Source: Sandaracinaceae bacterium (GTDB taxonomy: Bacteria; Myxococcota_A; Polyangia; Polyangiales; Sandaracinaceae). From it: a DNA stretch of 64,000 bases. Positions 49,092-59,500 of the stretch are shown here, one piece after another. The notes under the pieces are model-generated. The model did no database searches. It was not told the origin of the DNA and saw nothing but the letters and a program-made list of their open reading frames with translations. The translations under genes and the position numbers were made by a program. Location: contig JBGAQA010000006.1 in NCBI GenBank assembly GCA_044220955.1, forward strand, positions 1 to 64,000, in the 5' to 3' direction. Every line of letters begins with the position of its first letter. The stretch's first letter is position 1.

Positions 49092-52000
49092 ATGAACCGC
49101 CGACATGCCACGATCAGCCGGCTCGAAGCCCTCGGGTCGATCGTCGCCACCTTGGCGCTCGCGCTCGCGATGCTCGGGCTCGGGGCGGCGGGCCACGCCC
49201 ACGCGCAGGCGCCGGACATCCGCGAGATCCGCCCCGACGTCATCCTCCTCGTCGATACGTCGGCGTCCATGGACTACGCGATGAGCTCGGTCAGCGGCGC
49301 GGGCGGCCAGCTGCCCGTCTGCACCGGCAACGCCGGCAGCCCGAGCGGCCGGAGCCGCTGGATCACGCTCCTCGAGTCGCTCACGGGCACCTACTCGAGC
49401 GGCTACTACTGCAGCACGATCGATCGCCGCACGGCGTACGTCGGCGCCCCGGATCAGTTCTCGTCGCACACCTTCGCGCGGCCCTTCGGCACGCAGGGCA
49501 CCGACGGCGTGCTCGACCAGTACCTCGACCGCGTGCGCTTCGGCCTCATGACGTACGACAACGTCTACGGCATCCTTCCGCCGCCGGTGGGGCCGAACCT
49601 GGGCCTGCCGCCCTCGTCGCAGTTCATGGTCGATCAGGCGGTGTGGGCGGGCGTCGGCGCGGCGATCGCGACGGCACCTGGCGACTACTCCTACGGCAAC
49701 GCGTACCCGCTGCGCTTCCCGGGCTGCACCACGACGTACATGGTCGACGGTGGATCCCGCCGCGCCATCAGCGGCGCGGAGTCCTTCGGCGGCGCGCTCG
49801 TCTCGGTCGGCACTCCGAGCGCGGACGTGCACGTCACGAACGCCCAGATCCAGACGGCGCTCATCGGCTCGCGTCCCTACGGCTCGACGCCGACGGGCGC
49901 GATGCTCGACGATCTCCGGTACTACCTGACCAACCACCCCGACGTGGCGCGCATCGCGGCCGTCGGCGGCGCGGGCGACCCGTACCAGGCGTGCCGCCGC
50001 CGCTACGCCATCCTCATCTCGGACGGTGAGTCGAGCGATCCCTTCCGAAGCGCGCTGCACTGCGACAGCGGCGGCACCTCGGTCTGCCCCTACCAGCGTC
50101 CGGCCGACATCGCGTCCGATCTCTGCCGCTTCGACGGGACGAACTGCACGGGTCTTCTGAACGGCCTCTTCGTCGTGGCCTACGCGACGGGTGCGGGCGC
50201 GACCGGCGCGACGTGCACCACCGACGCGAACTGCACGAGCGGCCAGGCCTGCATCTCGGGCCGCTGCAGCGCCATCGCGCCGGAGCTCAACGACATCGCG
50301 CTCCGTGGCGGCACCACGCGGGCGATCCTCGCGATCGACCGCGCGACCCTGATGAGCGGTCTGACGAGCGCGCTCGATCAGGCGCAGCCGGGCACCACGA
50401 CGCGCACGGGCCCCTCGTTCACGCTCAGCCAGAGTGCGTACGCGGCCGGCACGCTCGGCTCGACGAGCGCGCCGCAGGAGCAGCTGCAGATGGGCAGCGG
50501 CTTCCGCGTCAGCAACGCGTCGACCGGCGCCCCGTGGACGGGCGTGCTGGATCGGACGCACTTCGTGTGCGACGCGAGCCTCAACCCGGTGCAGCAGCCG
50601 CTCGGGCCCAACGATCACTTCGCGGACGTCCTCAACGCCCGGAATCTCATCGCCTCGCCCCGGCGCCTGCTCACGGTCGCCGTCCCGGTCGCGAACGAGA
50701 GCGGGATCATCACCGGCACGGTCCCCTCCGGGCTGACCTTGCCCTTCACCAACCCCTCGCCGGTCGTCCGCGGCCAGGTGCTCGGCACGTTCGACGCGTC
50801 GAATGCGGCCATCACGCCGCCGCACTTCGGCCTCGCCACGGGCGACACGGCGACCCGCACGGCGATCTTCGACTACGTCCACGGGCGCGCCCCCTCCACG
50901 CGCGCGCTCGCGCGCCTCGGCGACATCTACCACTCCACGCCGGTCGTCGTGACGGCGCCGCGCGTGGACATCGACGACCAGGCGTACGCGCTCTTCCGGC
51001 AGCGACCGGAGGTCGCGAGCCGGCCCAGCATCGTCTACGTCGGCTCGAACGACGGCATCCTGCACGCGTTCGCGCTCGAGGACGACCCCACGGGCGCGAC
51101 GCGCTGGACGGGCGGCCAGGAGCTCTGGGGCTTCGTCCCGCCGACGCTCATGCCGAACTCGCTGAACTCCGGACGCAGCTCGCACCAGTTCATGGTCGAC
51201 GGCACGCCCGTGGTGCGTGATGTCGTCTTCCGCCGCGCGCCCGGCGACGCGTCCGCGCCGGACATGTACCACTCGGTGCTGATCGTCGGGCTGCGCCAGG
51301 GCGGCAACGCGTACGTCGCGCTCGACGTGACGGATCCCCTGAACCCGGTCTTCCTCTGGCAGTGGACGCACCCCCAGATGGGCCTGACGTACGGCCGGCC
51401 GGGCCTCGGCCAGGCGATGGTCAACATCGGCGGCGTCCTGCAGGAGCGCGCGATCGCGGTCCTGCCCGGTGGCGCGGGCACGATCGACACCGCGCGCGCC
51501 CTCGCGAACGGTGCGGCGGGCTGCACGGCGCTCGCGACGAGCCGGCCCTCGCCGGTCCCGAGCGGCGTCACGGCGACGCGCGCCGGGCGCCGCTGCTGGC
51601 TGCCGACGAGCCCCGGCCGCAGTCTCTTCGTGGTGGACGTGGCGACGGGCGAGCTGCTGCGCACGTTCGACTCGACCACCATCACCTCGCCGATCACCGG
51701 GGGTGTGTCGCTCTTCAGCGGCGACGTCGGGCAGTTCGCGACGCGGGCCTTCGTGACGGACGCGGACGGCGTGGTGTGGCGCCTCGACATGAGCGTCCCG
51801 GATCCCACGCAGTGGACGTTCACGCCCATGCACGACCTCTACTGGGCCGACGGCGCGACCGCCGGCCAGCCGGTCTACGATCCGCCGATCGTCTCGGTCG
51901 ACAACCAGGGCAACCCGGTCGTCGTCGTCGGCGGCGGTGACCAGGACAACCTCGAGGGCGCGGCGCCCACGCGCGTCGTCTCGCTCACCGAGCTCGTCGA

Positions 52001-52565
52001 TCGCACGGTCAGCCCCTCGCCCTCGACCACGTCGGTGAACTGGGAGCTGCGTCTGCAGCCCGGCGAGCAGGTCACGGGGCCGATGGTGCTCTACTCGAAC
52101 TACGTCTATTTCGGCTCGTTCTGGAGCCAGCCGGATCCGACCAACGCCTGCAGCTACGGGTCGAGCAAGATCTGGGGCCTGCACTACCTGAACGCGGGCG
52201 GCACCGCGCCGCTGCCTTACACGACCGGCGTCGCCGGTCGGTTCCCGCAGCCGGGGCTCGTGGGCGTCAGCGGCGCGGTCGACACCTACTTCGGGACGTA
52301 CTCGGGCATCGTCTTCGGCGTCGGCATCACCCAGCGGCCGAGCTGCACGACGGGCGCGGGCATCACCGATCAGTACCTCGGCCAGCGCTACCAGATCTCG
52401 AACCTGCGCCCCGGCGGGTTCCAGCTCGTCGCGCAGATCTCGGGCACCGCGCCGTCCTCGACGCCGTCGACCGCATCCAGCGTGCAGACGGTGACGGTGG
52501 CGAGCCTGCCGCCTCCGCTCGCGCAGTCGCGCGCGCTGACCTACCAGCCTGCCGCCGACTTCTGA
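49092..52565 (+). CDS. pilY1: PilY1/PilC pilus tip adhesin with N-terminal vWA domain
   Basis: MIDAS DTSAS; LGDIYHSTPVVV, YVGSNDGILHAF, ELWGFVP, VDGTP, ALDVTDP motifs of the PilC propeller. Confidence 0.92.
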   Translation: MNRRHATISRLEALGSIVATLALALAMLGLGAAGHAHAQAPDIREIRPDVILLVDTSASMDYAMSSVSGAGGQLPVCTGNAGSPSGRSRWITLLESLTGTYSSGYYCSTIDRRTAYVGAPDQFSSHTFARPFGTQGTDGVLDQYLDRVRFGLMTYDNVYGILPPPVGPNLGLPPSSQFMVDQAVWAGVGAAIATAPGDYSYGNAYPLRFPGCTTTYMVDGGSRRAISGAESFGGALVSVGTPSADVHVTNAQIQTALIGSRPYGSTPTGAMLDDLRYYLTNHPDVARIAAVGGAGDPYQACRRRYAILISDGESSDPFRSALHCDSGGTSVCPYQRPADIASDLCRFDGTNCTGLLNGLFVVAYATGAGATGATCTTDANCTSGQACISGRCSAIAPELNDIALRGGTTRAILAIDRATLMSGLTSALDQAQPGTTTRTGPSFTLSQSAYAAGTLGSTSAPQEQLQMGSGFRVSNASTGAPWTGVLDRTHFVCDASLNPVQQPLGPNDHFADVLNARNLIASPRRLLTVAVPVANESGIITGTVPSGLTLPFTNPSPVVRGQVLGTFDASNAAITPPHFGLATGDTATRTAIFDYVHGRAPSTRALARLGDIYHSTPVVVTAPRVDIDDQAYALFRQRPEVASRPSIVYVGSNDGILHAFALEDDPTGATRWTGGQELWGFVPPTLMPNSLNSGRSSHQFMVDGTPVVRDVVFRRAPGDASAPDMYHSVLIVGLRQGGNAYVALDVTDPLNPVFLWQWTHPQMGLTYGRPGLGQAMVNIGGVLQERAIAVLPGGAGTIDTARALANGAAGCTALATSRPSPVPSGVTATRAGRRCWLPTSPGRSLFVVDVATGELLRTFDSTTITSPITGGVSLFSGDVGQFATRAFVTDADGVVWRLDMSVPDPTQWTFTPMHDLYWADGATAGQPVYDPPIVSVDNQGNPVVVVGGGDQDNLEGAAPTRVVSLTELVDRTVSPSPSTTSVNWELRLQPGEQVTGPMVLYSNYVYFGSFWSQPDPTNACSYGSSKIWGLHYLNAGGTAPLPYTTGVAGRFPQPGLVGVSGAVDTYFGTYSGIVFGVGITQRPSCTTGAGITDQYLGQRYQISNLRPGGFQLVAQISGTAPSSTPSTASSVQTVTVASLPPPLAQSRALTYQPAADF

Positions 52566-52612
52566 CCGAGGGGCGGCGTCGGGTCCGAGGATCCTGTGGT
52601 AAGGGTTGGCCA

Positions 52613-53131
52613 GTGAACCGACCGGCTGCGGTGCTCCTGCTGCTCCTCGCCGCGTGCAGCGGAGGCGAGCGCGACGTCGAGGGGCGGCCGAGCGAGGTGC
52701 TGCCGCAGGTCGAGGTCACGCCGGCCCCCCACATCGAGGCGCCCGCGCTCTACGACGACGAGGGGAACCTCCGCGAGTCGGAGACGCGCGTGGCGGGGCT
52801 GACCCTGCCGATGGGGCTCACGCCCAACGCGGGCGACGACGAGCGGCTGCACACCTACCTGAGCGACGTGCCGATCGGCGCGCTCCTGCGCTACTTCGGT
52901 CCGCGCCTCACGACCGGGGAGGTCGTGGAGCTGCCGGGGCACGGCGCGTCGTACCGAGCGGCCGTCCCTCGTGAGGTGACCACCGGCGCGGTGCCGCTCG
53001 ACGTCACGGTCATGCCCGTGCCCGGACACACGCTGGTCGAGATCCGCGAGCGCCCGCCGGCGCCCGCGAATCCGCCCCCGGAGTCGGAAGCGCTGCGCGA
53101 TCTCGCGGCCGCCATGCAGGCGGCGGAGTAG
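52613..53131 (+). CDS. Hypothetical lipoprotein
   Basis: Lipobox LAAC; 172 aa. Confidence 0.7.
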   Translation: MNRPAAVLLLLLAACSGGERDVEGRPSEVLPQVEVTPAPHIEAPALYDDEGNLRESETRVAGLTLPMGLTPNAGDDERLHTYLSDVPIGALLRYFGPRLTTGEVVELPGHGASYRAAVPREVTTGAVPLDVTVMPVPGHTLVEIRERPPAPANPPPESEALRDLAAAMQAAE

Positions 53132-53165
53132 CGCGCGCCCGGCCCCCGGATCGGGTGGCCGCGGG

Positions 53166-56100
53166 TCAGGGCACGAGCGATGCGCGGCGCGGCAAGCGCG
53201 CCTCGAGCACGCGGAGCGCGATCGCGAGCGCGTGTCGTGAGCCCGGCCGCGAAGGGTCTCTCCCGACGCGCAGCCCGTCGACCCGCGCGCTCGCTCGCTG
53301 GATGCCGGCCTCACCGGGCTGCTCGAGCATGTCGAGGTGCCCTCGCCAGAGCTCGATGGCCGCCCGCTCGACGGCGTCCCGCGGCTCGGCGTCGAGCGCC
53401 CGCGCGAACAGGCGGCGCGCGGGCTCGAGCTCGCCGAGCGCGGCGCGGGCGCCCCCTGCGATCGCGAGCGCGAGCGGCGCGCTCTCGGGGTCGCTCTCGG
53501 CGATCGACGCGAGGGCGCTCGCGCGGGTCAGGTCTCCGCGCTCCACGGCGAGCGCCGCGGCCGCGAGGCGCAGCGCATCGGCCGTGGCCTCGGACTCGGG
53601 GTGCAGCGCGGCGGCCTGCGTCAGCAGATCGAGAGCGCGCGCGACCGCGCCGACGCGGTGCTCGACCTCGCCGAGCTCGAGGAGGATCGCAGCCGTGCGC
53701 TCGACCAGCCCGAAGGCGCGCGAGAGCTCGAGCGCCTCCTCGAGGCAGGCCCGCTCGGCGTCGGGGTCGGTCGACTCGCGCGCGACGGACGCGGCGAGCA
53801 CCACGGCGCGCAGTCGGGCCGCCGCGTCCTCGCGGGCGATGGCGAGGCGCCGGGCCTCGTCGGTCGCCGTACGCGCCAGCGAGATCGTTCCGCGCTCGAG
53901 AGCCACCTCTGCGAGCACCTCGAGGGCCGCCCCCAGCTCCGCGCCCCGCTCGACCGCAGCGCCAGGCGCGACGGGATCCCTCGGCGGTCGCGCGGCGGAC
54001 GCCGCCGGTGGCGCGGCGGCGCGCGCGTCGTCCACGGCGCGCTCCGCCTCGGCGCCCGCGGCGTCGAGCTCGCCGCTCGTGAGGAGCGCGCGCGCCATCA
54101 GCGTCCGCGCGCGCGACAGGCGCGCCGCGTCGTCGCGCCGGAGCGCCCAGCTGAGCGCACGATCCGCGTCGTCGCGTGCGTCGTTCGCGCCGAGGGCGAG
54201 GCGCAGCGTCGCGCGCGCGACGATCGCGTCGAGGACGATGTCGGCGTCGCTCTCGGCCTCGAGCGCTCGCGTGATCAGCGCGTCGAGGCGGAACAGGAAC
54301 AGGAGGGAGCTCGACGAGGCCGGCCGCCCCTCGACCTGCGCCACGAGCGCGTCGAGCGCCAGGCCGTCGAGGCCGAGCGTCGGGTCCTCGATCGTCGCGT
54401 CGGCGACCGCGAGGACCGCGGCCTCGTCGAGGGCGACCTCGCGGTGGGCCTCCCGAGCAGGGGCGCTGCGGATCGCCTCCCGTCGCGCGTGGGCGTGGAC
54501 GGCGTAGTGCTTCGCCGCGCGACGGAGCGCGCGCGCCCGCAGCCCTGGATCGAGACCCGTGGCCGACGAGCCCCGCTGCATCCGGCGACGCACGACCTCG
54601 CGCAGCGCCCAGCGCGGCACACCGAGCAGCTCGGGGTGGGGCGCCGGGTACGCGAGCCCGAGGTGCTGCAGTCGTGCGAGCCAGGCCTCGGCAGCCTCGT
54701 GGCCGAGCCCGGTGATGGCCGCCGCCGCCGCGAGATCGAACGCCGGAACCACCGCGAGCGCGGCGAGCGCCTCGAGCTCGCTCGCCGCCAGCGTCCGCTC
54801 GGCGGCGGCGAGCGCGACCCACGCTCCGCTCGCGCGCGAGCCCGTGTCGGACGACGCCGTTCGAGCGGTCGCGTCGTCGTCGCGCATGCTCGCCTCGAGG
54901 CGCGCGAGGTCTGCGGGCTCGCCCGTCGCGGCGAGCCGCGCGACGATCTCGAGCGCGAGCGGGTTGCCGGCGACGTGCTCCGCGACGCGAAGCGCGACCT
55001 CCCGCTGGTTGAGGACGCGGGGCGGGTCGTCGGCGCTGCTCATCAGGCGCTCGAGCAGGAGCTCGCACGCTTCTTCGGGCGGCAGCCCCTCGACCGCGAT
55101 CGCCGGCGTCGGGCCCGCGGGTGGTGCCTCACCGACGATCACGAAGCGCGCGCGCGGCGCGCGCTCGGACCACGCCCGCGCGAGCGCGAGCAGTCCCTCG
55201 GTCGAGCGCGTCTGTCCGTCGAGGACGAGCCGCGGGCTCTCGCGCTGGGCGAGGCGCGCGCCGATGCGATCGGGGCGGCTCGCCCCGATCGCGGCGGCGA
55301 CCGCGTGCACGGCGAGCGCGTCGCTGGTGGCGAGCGCGAGATCGACGACGAAGGCATCGTCCTCGCCGCGCTCCTCGAGGTGCTCTCGGACGAGGCGGGA
55401 CTTGCCCGAGCCCGCGGGCCCGTGGACCACCACGACGGGCTCGCCGCGGACGGCGGCCTCGAGCAGCCAGCGGCGCTCCGCCGCCCGTCCGATGAACCGC
55501 GTCGAGGGCCGGGGCGCGGGCACGAGAGACGCGGGCCGCAGGCTCGGGCGGCTCGTCCGCGTGAGCGAGATGCGCTCCGCCGAGGCCTCTTGCGCGATGC
55601 GGCTCAGCTCGACGCGCTCGACGCCCGCGGCCTCGAGCGCGAGGGCGAGCGCGCCGCCGTCCTCGAAGCGCTCCTCGGGCTCCTTCGCCATCGAGCGCTG
55701 GACGACGTCGGCGAGCCACGCCGGCACGCGCGCGTCGATCGCGTCGAGGCGCGGCGGCTTCGACGCCAGGATGGCACCGATGGTCGCCGCGGGGCTGGCG
55801 CGGCGGAAGATCGCGACGCCCGTGACCAGCTCGTGGACCAGCGTCCCGAGCGAGAAGACGTCCGCGCGCGCGTCGACGGGACGCGCGCGTGCCTGCTCCG
55901 GCGACATGTACGCCGGCGTGCCGAGCACGGCGCCGTCGGCCGTGTGGACCTCCGACCACTCGTAGACGGTCGCGTCTTGCTCGCCCGGCTCGGGCATGGC
56001 GATCTGCTTGGCGAGGCCGAAGTCGACGAGCTTGACGACGCCCGTGCGCGAGACGAGGACGTTGCTCGGCTTCAGGTCGCGGTGGACGACCCCGTGGCGG

Positions 56101-56498
56101 TGCGCGTGGCCGAGCGCCTCCGCGATGTCCCTGGCGAGCGAGGCCGCGACGGCCCAGCCGAGGCCGCCGTGACGGAGCAGGTCCGCCAGGGTCGGGCCGT
56201 CGACCAGCTCCATCGCGAGGTAGGGGTAGGGCCCGCTCTGACCGGTCTCGTAGACCTCCGCGATGCCGGGGTGGCCCAGCGCCAGGACGGCGCGGCCCTC
56301 CTGGTGGAAGCGCCCGAGCCCGCTCGAGCCGCGGCGTGGCTTGTGGACCTTGAGCGCCACGGTGCGTCGCAGCACGACGTCGCGCGCCCGGAACACGTGA
56401 CCCATGGCACCGCCGCCGATCGCGTCGAGCACGAGGTAGTGGCCGAGGCGCCGCCCGATCAGCGCCTCGGGAGGTTCGTCGACGGGCGGCTGGCTCAC
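53166..56498 (-). CDS. Ser/Thr kinase - STAND-type P-loop NTPase - TPR protein
   Basis: HRDLKPSN/DFG/SPE; Walker A GPAGSGKS; LVLDG; GNPLALE; C-terminal helical repeats; no TM. Confidence 0.88.
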   Translation of the reverse strand: MSQPPVDEPPEALIGRRLGHYLVLDAIGGGAMGHVFRARDVVLRRTVALKVHKPRRGSSGLGRFHQEGRAVLALGHPGIAEVYETGQSGPYPYLAMELVDGPTLADLLRHGGLGWAVAASLARDIAEALGHAHRHGVVHRDLKPSNVLVSRTGVVKLVDFGLAKQIAMPEPGEQDATVYEWSEVHTADGAVLGTPAYMSPEQARARPVDARADVFSLGTLVHELVTGVAIFRRASPAATIGAILASKPPRLDAIDARVPAWLADVVQRSMAKEPEERFEDGGALALALEAAGVERVELSRIAQEASAERISLTRTSRPSLRPASLVPAPRPSTRFIGRAAERRWLLEAAVRGEPVVVVHGPAGSGKSRLVREHLEERGEDDAFVVDLALATSDALAVHAVAAAIGASRPDRIGARLAQRESPRLVLDGQTRSTEGLLALARAWSERAPRARFVIVGEAPPAGPTPAIAVEGLPPEEACELLLERLMSSADDPPRVLNQREVALRVAEHVAGNPLALEIVARLAATGEPADLARLEASMRDDDATARTASSDTGSRASGAWVALAAAERTLAASELEALAALAVVPAFDLAAAAAITGLGHEAAEAWLARLQHLGLAYPAPHPELLGVPRWALREVVRRRMQRGSSATGLDPGLRARALRRAAKHYAVHAHARREAIRSAPAREAHREVALDEAAVLAVADATIEDPTLGLDGLALDALVAQVEGRPASSSSLLFLFRLDALITRALEAESDADIVLDAIVARATLRLALGANDARDDADRALSWALRRDDAARLSRARTLMARALLTSGELDAAGAEAERAVDDARAAAPPAASAARPPRDPVAPGAAVERGAELGAALEVLAEVALERGTISLARTATDEARRLAIAREDAAARLRAVVLAASVARESTDPDAERACLEEALELSRAFGLVERTAAILLELGEVEHRVGAVARALDLLTQAAALHPESEATADALRLAAAALAVERGDLTRASALASIAESDPESAPLALAIAGGARAALGELEPARRLFARALDAEPRDAVERAAIELWRGHLDMLEQPGEAGIQRASARVDGLRVGRDPSRPGSRHALAIALRVLEARLPRRASLVP

Positions 56499-56526
56499 GT
56501 CCCGAGAGGGTACCCGATCGCGCCGA

Positions 56527-59500
56527 TCACCGCGCCGCGGCTGCGCGCGGCGGCGGGGGGATCGGGATCTCGGCGAGCGCGTCGCTCGCCCCCAGCTCGT
56601 AGCGGTGCGCGAGCGCGCTCGTGCTCAGCACGACCGGCTGGCGGATCACGCGCACGTCCTCGCGACCCGGGTGCACCACGACCATCAGCTCGCACGTCGT
56701 GTCGCGCAGGCTCTCCCGATCTTCGCGGCGCACGTCCAGCTGGTACGCGCCGTCCTCGCGCTCGGCGACCCGGAACGCGAGGATCCCGGCGTCGGTGCTG
56801 CCCAGCGTCGCCTCCTCGAAGCCGGGGTCGTCCGCGGCGGCGCCGTCGAACGGATAGTGCAGCGAGAAGCGCGGCAGGTCGTCCGGGTGTCCGAAGGACA
56901 AGGCGACGAACACGTCCGGCGGATCGCGCAGCACGCCGGCCTCCCGGACGCGACGACGGATGGCGTTGCGCGCGTCGTCGTCGCTCGCCTCGTCGTAGAG
57001 GCGCATGAGGCGGACGAGCGTCCACAGGCGCGCTGGCGTCGCGGGGCCTTCCTCGACGGCGGGATCGGTCGACTCGGAGATCCGCTGCTCGAGGCGCAGC
57101 GCCTCGTCGACGCGCCCCGCGTCGGCCGCCGCGCGCGAGAGGAGCAGCAGCACCTCGCCCTCGCCGGGCCGAAGGCGCGCGAGCGTCTGGTACTCGCGGT
57201 AGGCGTCGTCGGGCCAGCCGTGGGCGCGATAGAGATCGCCGAGGCGCTTGCGCGCCCAGGGGTCGAAGGGCGTTTGCTCGACGATCTGACTGAACACGCG
57301 CCGGGCCTCGGCCTCGTCCTGCTGGCGCAGCCAGAACTCGCCGATCTGCGTGCGGACCTGTGCGTCGGCGAGCGCGTCGTTGGCCAGCGCGCGCGCCAGG
57401 CGCCGGGCCTCGGCGAGCGCGTCGCCGCCCTTCGTCTCGAGGAGCGTGAGCAGGCGGAGCCGAAGGTCGATGTCGTCGGGGACGACGGCGATCCAGCGGC
57501 GCACGAGCGCGATGCGCGCATCGACGTTGCTCGACTGCACCCACGCACGCGCGAAGAGGTTCCAGTCGACCTGCACGTCGAGCCCGAGCCCCGAGCGGGC
57601 GTAGGCGACGTCCTCCGGCGTCCGCACGCTCGCGAGCACGGCGCCCAGCAGGTACGAGGCCGCGTCCGGCTCGCCGACCATCGCTTGCTGCAGGTTGATC
57701 CGCGAGGACAGGTCGCCGACGTGGCGGAGCATCAGGTCCAGGAGCGCTCGGCGCGCGCGCCAGTTTCCGAGCTCGCAGCGCGCGCGCGCCTGGCGGTAGA
57801 CCTGGAGCACGCCGGAGACGTCGTAGCGACCGGCCAGGCGCTCGCTCCAGAGGCGGCGGCGGAGCGCCAGCGACCGGAACGCGGCGGGGCTGCAGAGCCG
57901 GCGCGAGCCGAACTCGCGCTCGGGCACGATGAAGTTGTAGACGTAGTTCACGACGATGGGCTGGGCCGCGCCCGTCGCCCCGAAGGCGATGCCGCGGACC
58001 TCCGACAGCACGCAGCTCTCGGTCTCGGTGTCGCCGAGGGAGCTCGAGACGACGCTCGCCGCGCGGACGATGCCGTCGCCCCCGACCGTCACCGCGACGG
58101 TGAGATCTCCCGCGAGGTCGGGCCGGTCCGCCGTGCGCTGCGCGTAGCACTGGCGCGGCCCGCGCTCTCCCTGGCGGAGCGCGCGCCGGACCGCCGCCGT
58201 ACCGAGCCCGCCGTCGGCGCCGTAGCTGCTGGTGTAGCGATCGTGCGGGTCGAGGGCGAACGAGGTCGGGACGTGCGTGTCCCAGGTGGACTCGGGCTGC
58301 GTCGCGATGTCGCCCTCGGGGCGCGCGCTGGCCATGCGCCGGCGCCAGCCGCTTCCGCCGTCGCTCGCGAGCGAGGTCACGGCGACCTCCGAGGTGCCGC
58401 CGCCGAGGCCCCAGGCGATCGTCAGCGGATCGGTGTCGAAGTTCGTGACGAGCGGTGCCGTCGAGCCCGCTCCCGCGCCGACGAGCATCGACGTCCACGG
58501 CGTGATGATGGAGAAGCGCGTTCCGAGGTCGACGAGCGCTTCGCGCCCGGCGTCCTGGTCGAGCAGCTCCGCCAGGCGCGCGCTCGCCCAGCGGCGCCGG
58601 ATGTCGCCGCCATCGATGACGGCCCCGACGCGAACGGTCAGCGTCTGCTCGACGGGCGCCCCGTCGCGCGTGGCGTGCAGCGTGATCTGCGCCGGCAGGT
58701 CGCCGACCTGGCGCCCGACCAGCCGCAGGTGGGCGCCCTCGGCGACCTCGAGCGGCGGGCTCGGGTACACGCGCTCGACCCCCTCGCCGAGATCGAGCGT
58801 GAGGCCGCGGAGCGTGGGCCGCGCGGCCTCGGCCAGCAGGCGCATCACCGCCCGCGAGGCGTTGGCCCGGTCGTCGATCATGCTCGCCTGGTCGGTGCCG
58901 AAGAGCGTCCGCAAGAGCTCGAGGTTCGCGCCATCGCCGATCGCGAGGCCGAAGAAGCGCGGCGGTGCGTCGATCGTCGCGAGCACCGTCCGCAGCGCGG
59001 TCGCGTCGAGCGCGCCGGTGGTCGGAAGGGCGTCCCCCAGGTAGAGCAGGGCCGCGCGGGGGTGTCCCGCCACGATCGCCGCAGCCTGGCGCAGCGTCTC
59101 GCCCAGATCCGTCGCGCCGCCGACGTCGACCGTCGAGAGTGCCTGGAGGAACGCCTCGCGGTTCTCCTGGCTGGGCTCGACGAGGCCCTCGGGCGCCCCC
59201 TCGGGGCGGTGGGCCGCGACGTCGGCGAGCAGCAGCGCCACGCGGTCGTCCGGGGCGAGCTGCCGCAGCGTCGCTTCGACGACGTCCCGCGCGAGCTCGA
59301 GGTCTTCGGTGCTCGTCGCGCCGGAGGCGTCGAGGACGAGCACCAGCTCGAGCGGCTGCTGCGCGGTGGCCGTGTCGGCGAGCAGTGCATCGGTCGGCAC
59401 GTCGAACAGGACGTAGGTATCGCTCCCCTCCGCGGGCCGCGTCCCGTCCGCGAGGGTCTCGGGCCCGCCGGTCACGGGATACGCGACGGCGTCGGCCGCG

